Of a stretch of DNA of 29,840 nt, positions 25,444-29,840 are shown piece after piece (positions within the stretch are counted from its first letter, which is position 1; each line of letters begins with the position of its first letter). The position numbers and the translations under genes were made by a program. The notes beneath the pieces are model-generated. The model searched no databases and was not told the origin of the DNA. It saw only the letters and a list, made by a program, of their open reading frames with translations. The stretch comes from a virus. Its lineage: Duplodnaviria > Heunggongvirae > Uroviricota > Caudoviricetes. The stretch lies in IMG/VR virus record IMGVR_UViG_2513237361_000005; one strand, given 5' to 3'.

Positions 25444-27883
25444 CAATGTAAAATTACAGGTATTGCTCAGGGCTGTTGACCAGGCATCCCGCCCGTTTAA
25501 ATCCATCCGTACAGCGAGTAAGTCGCTGTCGGGGGATATCCGGGACACACAAAAATCACTGCGCGAGCTGAACGGTCAGGCATCCCGTATTGAGGGATTT
25601 CGCAAGACCAGTGCACAGCTCGCCGTGACTGGTCAGGAACTGAAAAAAGCCAGACAGGAAGCCGCAGATCTGGCTGTCCAGTTTAAAAATACTGAACGAC
25701 CGACAAATGCACAGGCAAAGGCAATGGAAGCCGCGCGTAAAAATGCGTCTGAGTTACAGGCGAAATATAACAGCCTGAGATTGTCGGTACAGCGCCAGCG
25801 TCAGGAATTGAGTCAGGCGGGTATTAATACCCGTAATCTGGCGCATGATGAACGAGGGCTGAAAAACCGTATCAGTGAAACCACCGCACAGCTTAACCGG
25901 CAGCGTGACGCGCTGGCGCGTGTCAGTGCACAACAGGCAAAACTTAATGCAGTAAAACAGCGTTATCAGGCCGGAAAGGAACTGGCCGGAAATATGGCCT
26001 CGGTGGGCGCTGCTGGTGTGGGGATTGCGGCGGCGGGAACGATGGCCGGAGTTAAGCTGCTGATGCCCGGTTATGAGTTTGCGCAGAAAAACTCAGAATT
26101 GCAGGCCGTGCTCGGTGTGGCAAAAGATTCCGCCGAAATGGCCGCGCTACGTAAACAGGCGCGCCAGCTCGGCGACAACACAGCCGCCTCGGCGGATGAT
26201 GCGGCCGGTGCGCAGATTATCATTGCGAAAGCGGGTGGAGATGCTGCGGCTATTCAGGCGGCAACGCCGGTCACGCTGAATATGGCACTGGCGAATCAGC
26301 GGTCGATGGAAGAAAACGCGCAACTGTTGCTGGGGACTAAGGCATCCTTTCAACTGTCAAATGATGATGTCAGCCATGTGGGCGACGTGTTGTCGGCAAC
26401 GATGAATAAGTCGGCGGCTGATTTTCAGGGACTCAGTGATGCACTGACTTACCTCGGGCCGGTTGCGAGGACGGCAGGTGTAAGTCTTGAGCAGGCAGCA
26501 GCCATGACAGGTGTGCTGCATGACAATAACATCAGGGGGTCAATGGCGGGGACGGGTAGCAGTGCCGTTGTCACCCGATTACAGGCACCGACTGGAAAAG
26601 CATGGGATGCACTCAAAGAGCTTGGCGTTAAAACCTCGGACAAAAAGGGAAATATGCGTCCGTTGTTCACCATTCTGAAAGAGATTCAGGCCAGCTTTGA
26701 TAAACACAAGCTGGGAACGTCTCAGAAGGGGGAATACCTTAAAACCATTTTTGGTGAGGAAGCCCTGAAATCAGCGAACGTTTTACTGGCAGCGGCAGCA
26801 AGCGGAAAACTGGATACGCTGACCGCCACGCTGAAAGCCTCGGACGGTAAAACGGAAGAGCTGGTTAAAATCATGCAGGATAACCTCGGCGGTGACTTTA
26901 AGGAGTTTCAGTCCGCTTATGAGGCGGTGGGGACTGACCTGTTTGACCAGCAGGAAGGCGCACTGCGTAAGCTCACTCAGACGGCCACAAAGTATGTGTT
27001 AAAACTCGACGGCTGGATCCAGAAAAACAAATCACTGGCGTCAACCATCGGCCTCATTGTCGGTGGCGCGCTGGCGCTTATTGGCATCATCGGTGCCATT
27101 GGTCTTGTAGCCTGGCCGGTTATCACCGGCATCAATGCCATCATCGCGGCAGCAGGCGCAATGGGGGCAATCTTCACGACGGTTGGTAGTGCCGTTATGA
27201 CGGCCATCGGGGCGATTAGCTGGCCGGTTGTGGCCGTGGTGGCCGCCATTGTCGCCGGGGCGTTGCTTATCCGTAAATACTGGGAGCCTGTCAGCGCATT
27301 CTTTGGCGGTGTGGTTGAAGGGCTGAAAGCGGCATTTGCGCCGGTGGGGGAACTGTTCACGCCACTTAAGCCGGTGTTTGACTGGCTGGGCGAAAAGTTA
27401 CAGGCCGCGTGGCAGTGGTTTAAAAACCTGATTGCCCCGGTCAAAGTCACCCAGGACACCCTGAACCGTTGCCGTGACACGGGCGTCATGTTCGGGCAGG
27501 CACTGGCTGACGCGCTGATGCTGCCGCTTAATGCGTTCAACAAACTGCGCAGTGGTATTGACTGGGTACTGGAAAAACTCGGTGTCATCAACAAAGAGTC
27601 AGACACACTTGACCAGACCGCCGCCAGAACTCAAGCCGCCACGTATGGCACCGGTGGTTATATTCCGGCGACCAGCTCTTATGCAGGCTATCAGGCTTAT
27701 CAGCCGGTCACGGCACCGGCTGGCCGCTCTTATGTAGACCAGAGTAAAAACGAATATCACATCAGCCTGACGGGGGGTACTGCGCCGGGGACACAGCTTG
27801 ACCGCCAGTTACAGGATGCGCTCGAAAAATACGAGCGGGATAAACGTGCGCGCGCCCGTGCCAGCATGATGCATGACGGTTAA
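25436..27883 (+). CDS. T: tail tape measure protein gpT
   Basis: 815 aa (P2 gpT length); coiled-coil N-terminal half, Ala/Gly-rich hydrophobic central region; follows E/E'. Confidence 0.9.
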   Translation: MSNNVKLQVLLRAVDQASRPFKSIRTASKSLSGDIRDTQKSLRELNGQASRIEGFRKTSAQLAVTGQELKKARQEAADLAVQFKNTERPTNAQAKAMEAARKNASELQAKYNSLRLSVQRQRQELSQAGINTRNLAHDERGLKNRISETTAQLNRQRDALARVSAQQAKLNAVKQRYQAGKELAGNMASVGAAGVGIAAAGTMAGVKLLMPGYEFAQKNSELQAVLGVAKDSAEMAALRKQARQLGDNTAASADDAAGAQIIIAKAGGDAAAIQAATPVTLNMALANQRSMEENAQLLLGTKASFQLSNDDVSHVGDVLSATMNKSAADFQGLSDALTYLGPVARTAGVSLEQAAAMTGVLHDNNIRGSMAGTGSSAVVTRLQAPTGKAWDALKELGVKTSDKKGNMRPLFTILKEIQASFDKHKLGTSQKGEYLKTIFGEEALKSANVLLAAAASGKLDTLTATLKASDGKTEELVKIMQDNLGGDFKEFQSAYEAVGTDLFDQQEGALRKLTQTATKYVLKLDGWIQKNKSLASTIGLIVGGALALIGIIGAIGLVAWPVITGINAIIAAAGAMGAIFTTVGSAVMTAIGAISWPVVAVVAAIVAGALLIRKYWEPVSAFFGGVVEGLKAAFAPVGELFTPLKPVFDWLGEKLQAAWQWFKNLIAPVKVTQDTLNRCRDTGVMFGQALADALMLPLNAFNKLRSGIDWVLEKLGVINKESDTLDQTAARTQAATYGTGGYIPATSSYAGYQAYQPVTAPAGRSYVDQSKNEYHISLTGGTAPGTQLDRQLQDALEKYERDKRARARASMMHDG

Positions 27884-27897
27884 GGAGGTGACGAAAA

Positions 27898-28377
27898 ATG
27901 ATGCTCGCGTTAGGTATGTTTGTTTTTATGCGCCAGACGCTGCCACACCAGACCATGCAGCGTGAATCAGATTATCGCTGGCCGTCAAATTCCCGTATCG
28001 GTAAACGGGATGCCTACCAGTTTCTCGGTGTTGGCGAGGAAAACATGACGCTTGCCGGTGTGCTTTATCCCGAACTGACCGGCGGCAAGCTGACGATGAC
28101 CACGCTCAGGCTGATGGCAGAGGAAGGCCGGGCGTGGCCGTTGCTGGATGGCACCGGCATGATTTACGGCATGTATGTCATCAGCAAGGTGAGTGAAACA
28201 GGGAGTATTTTCTTTGCAGACGGCACACCCAGGAAAATTGATTTTACGCTGTCGCTCACCCGCGTTGATGAATCACTGGCCGCGCTTTATGGCGATATCG
28301 GTAAACAGGCGGAGTCGCTCATAGGTAAGGCCGGCAGTATGGCGACCAGATTCACAGGTATGGCGGGGGCGGGATAA
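27898..28377 (+). CDS. U: tail protein gpU
   Basis: 159 aa (P2 gpU length); synteny. Confidence 0.85.
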   Translation: MMLALGMFVFMRQTLPHQTMQRESDYRWPSNSRIGKRDAYQFLGVGEENMTLAGVLYPELTGGKLTMTTLRLMAEEGRAWPLLDGTGMIYGMYVISKVSETGSIFFADGTPRKIDFTLSLTRVDESLAALYGDIGKQAESLIGKAGSMATRFTGMAGAG

Positions 28378-29540
28378 TGCTGGATGCGCTGACATTTGAT
28401 GCAGGCAGTACGCTGACGCCGGATTACATGCTGATGCTCGACAGCAGGGATATTACCGGCAATATCAGCGACCGTCTGATGAGCATGACTCTGACGGATA
28501 ACCGGGGCTTTGAGGCTGACCAGCTTGATATTGAACTGAACGATGCCGACGGGCAGGTCGGGCTGCCGGTTCGTGGCGCTGTCCTGACGGTGTATATCGG
28601 CTGGAAAGGTTTTGCCCTGGTATGCAAAGGGAAATTCACCGTTGATGAGGTTGAACACCGGGGCGCGCCGGATGTGGTCACTATCCGCGCCCGGAGTGCA
28701 GATTTTCGCGGGACGCTCAATTCCCGCCGGGAAGGCTCCTGGCATGACACCACGCTCGGTGCGATTGTTGAGGCGATTGCCTCCCGTAACAGGCTGGAAG
28801 CCAGTGTCGCTCCGTCACTGGCCGGAATTAAAATCCCGCACATCGACCAGTCGCAGGAGTCCGATGCGAAATTCCTGACCCGTCTTGCTGAACGCAACGG
28901 CGGCGAGGTGTCGGTAAAAATGGGAAAACTGCTGTTTCTCAAAGCGGGGCAGGGGGTGACGGCCAGCGGTAAAAAAATCCCGCAGATTACCATCACCCGC
29001 AGCGACGGCGACCGTCATCATTTTGCGATTGCTGACCGTGGAGCTTACACCGGCGTAACGGCAAAGTGGTTACACACCAAAGACCCGAAGCCGCAAAAGC
29101 AGAAGGTAAAACTGAAACGCAAAAAGAAAGAAAAACACCTGCGCGCACTGGAGCACCCGAAAGCGAAACCGGTCAGGCAGAAGAAAGCGCCAAAAGTACC
29201 GGAAGCGCGCGAAGGTGAATACATGGCCGGTGAAGCTGACAACGTTTTTGCCCTGACTACGGTATATGCCACAAAAGCGCAGGCCATGCGCGCCGCTCAG
29301 GCGAAGTGGGACAAACTGCAACGGGGCGTCGCGGAGTTCTCCATCAGCCTGGCTACCGGTCGGGCAGATATTTACACGGAAACACCGGTTAAAGTGTCAG
29401 GCTTTAAGCGCGTCATAGACGAGCAGGACTGGACAATCACTAAGGTGACACATTTTCTGAATAATAGCGGCTTCACGACGTCCTTAGAGCTTGAGGTCAG
29501 GCTTTCTGATGTGGAGTACGAAACAGAAGATGATGAGTGA
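28377..29540 (+). CDS. D: tail protein gpD (late control D family)
   Basis: 387 aa (P2 gpD length); start overlaps the U stop; contains an internal Lys-rich low-complexity stretch. Confidence 0.85.
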   Translation: MLDALTFDAGSTLTPDYMLMLDSRDITGNISDRLMSMTLTDNRGFEADQLDIELNDADGQVGLPVRGAVLTVYIGWKGFALVCKGKFTVDEVEHRGAPDVVTIRARSADFRGTLNSRREGSWHDTTLGAIVEAIASRNRLEASVAPSLAGIKIPHIDQSQESDAKFLTRLAERNGGEVSVKMGKLLFLKAGQGVTASGKKIPQITITRSDGDRHHFAIADRGAYTGVTAKWLHTKDPKPQKQKVKLKRKKKEKHLRALEHPKAKPVRQKKAPKVPEAREGEYMAGEADNVFALTTVYATKAQAMRAAQAKWDKLQRGVAEFSISLATGRADIYTETPVKVSGFKRVIDEQDWTITKVTHFLNNSGFTTSLELEVRLSDVEYETEDDE

Positions 29541-29558
29541 TGTATTTTATTTATCTGT

Positions 29559-29587
29559 TTGTTTTGTAAGGATAAATTAACTAAAAT
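29559..29587 (+). promoter_or_regulatory. candidate ogr promoter: -35 TTGTTT (29559-29564), 17-bp spacer, -10 TAAAAT (29582-29587)
   Basis: Hexamers read from the AT-rich D-ogr intergenic region; the -35 match is partial. Confidence 0.3.
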
Positions 29588-29621
29588 GGCACCATCAACA
29601 AAACCGGAAGAGGTGCTCGCG

Positions 29622-29840
29622 ATGTTTCATTGTCCTTTATGCCAGCATGCTGCACATGCGCGTACAAGTCGCTATATCACTGACACGACAAAAGAGCGTT
29701 ATCACCAGTGCCAGAACGTGAATTGCAGCGCCACGTTCATCACTTATGAGTCGGTACAGCGATACATCGTGAAGCCGGGAGAAGTCCACGCCGTAAGGCC
29801 GCACCCGTTGCCGTCAGGGCAGCAAATTATGTGGATGTGA
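29622..29840 (+). CDS. ogr: late-gene transcriptional activator Ogr (Cys4 zinc finger)
   Basis: Starting at MFHCPLCQHAAHARTS gives 72 aa with CxxC-x22-CxxxxC (CPLC...CQNVNC), the P2 Ogr length and zinc-finger pattern; the listed ORF start at 29559 is an upstream in-frame extension. Confidence 0.85.
   Translation: MFHCPLCQHAAHARTSRYITDTTKERYHQCQNVNCSATFITYESVQRYIVKPGEVHAVRPHPLPSGQQIMWM

Noticed and set aside
26977-27606. 209-aa ORF antisense to tape measure gene T
   Set aside because: Inside the Ala/Gly-rich region of T, whose reverse complement is also stop-poor.
29090-29230. Lys-rich low-complexity stretch in gpD (KPQKQKVKLKRKKKEKHLRALEHPKAKPVRQKKAPK)
   Set aside because: Lies within an otherwise normal-length D protein; probably a linker characteristic of the family rather than an insertion.
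29559-29621. Upstream in-frame extension of ogr (MFCKDKLTKMAPSTKPEEVLA)
   Set aside because: The 72-aa product starting at MFHCPLC matches the Ogr size and zinc-finger layout; the extension would overlap the likely promoter.

Overview
The window is the interior of an essentially complete P2-like (Peduovirus-type) prophage, running from the integrase (stop at position 1, minus strand) to ogr (stop at 29840). Gene order and protein lengths match the P2 layout: int-C | cox-like, B, orf80-83, A | accessory cargo | cos | Q, P (minus) | O N M L X Y K lysA lysB lysC R S | V W J I H G | FI FII E E' T U D | ogr. The att sites lie outside the window. The immunity region (C repressor, first early gene, operators) is diverged from P2 itself, suggesting a heteroimmune relative. 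The most interesting part is the slot between gene A and cos/Q, where P2 carries tin/old: here an AT-rich cassette encodes a two-helix membrane protein and a HEPN-like plus Cys-rich zinc-ribbon protein split by a frameshift in a G7 homopolymer. This is a candidate undescribed defence/abortive-infection module. The terminase ATPase gene P also carries a 1-nt frameshift, so the prophage may be defective, or the assembly has homopolymer errors. The second P2 cargo hotspot (Z/fun, between G and FI) is empty. No tRNA, rRNA, CRISPR array or IS element/transposase was found. All family assignments are from reading the translations and synteny, not from searches.
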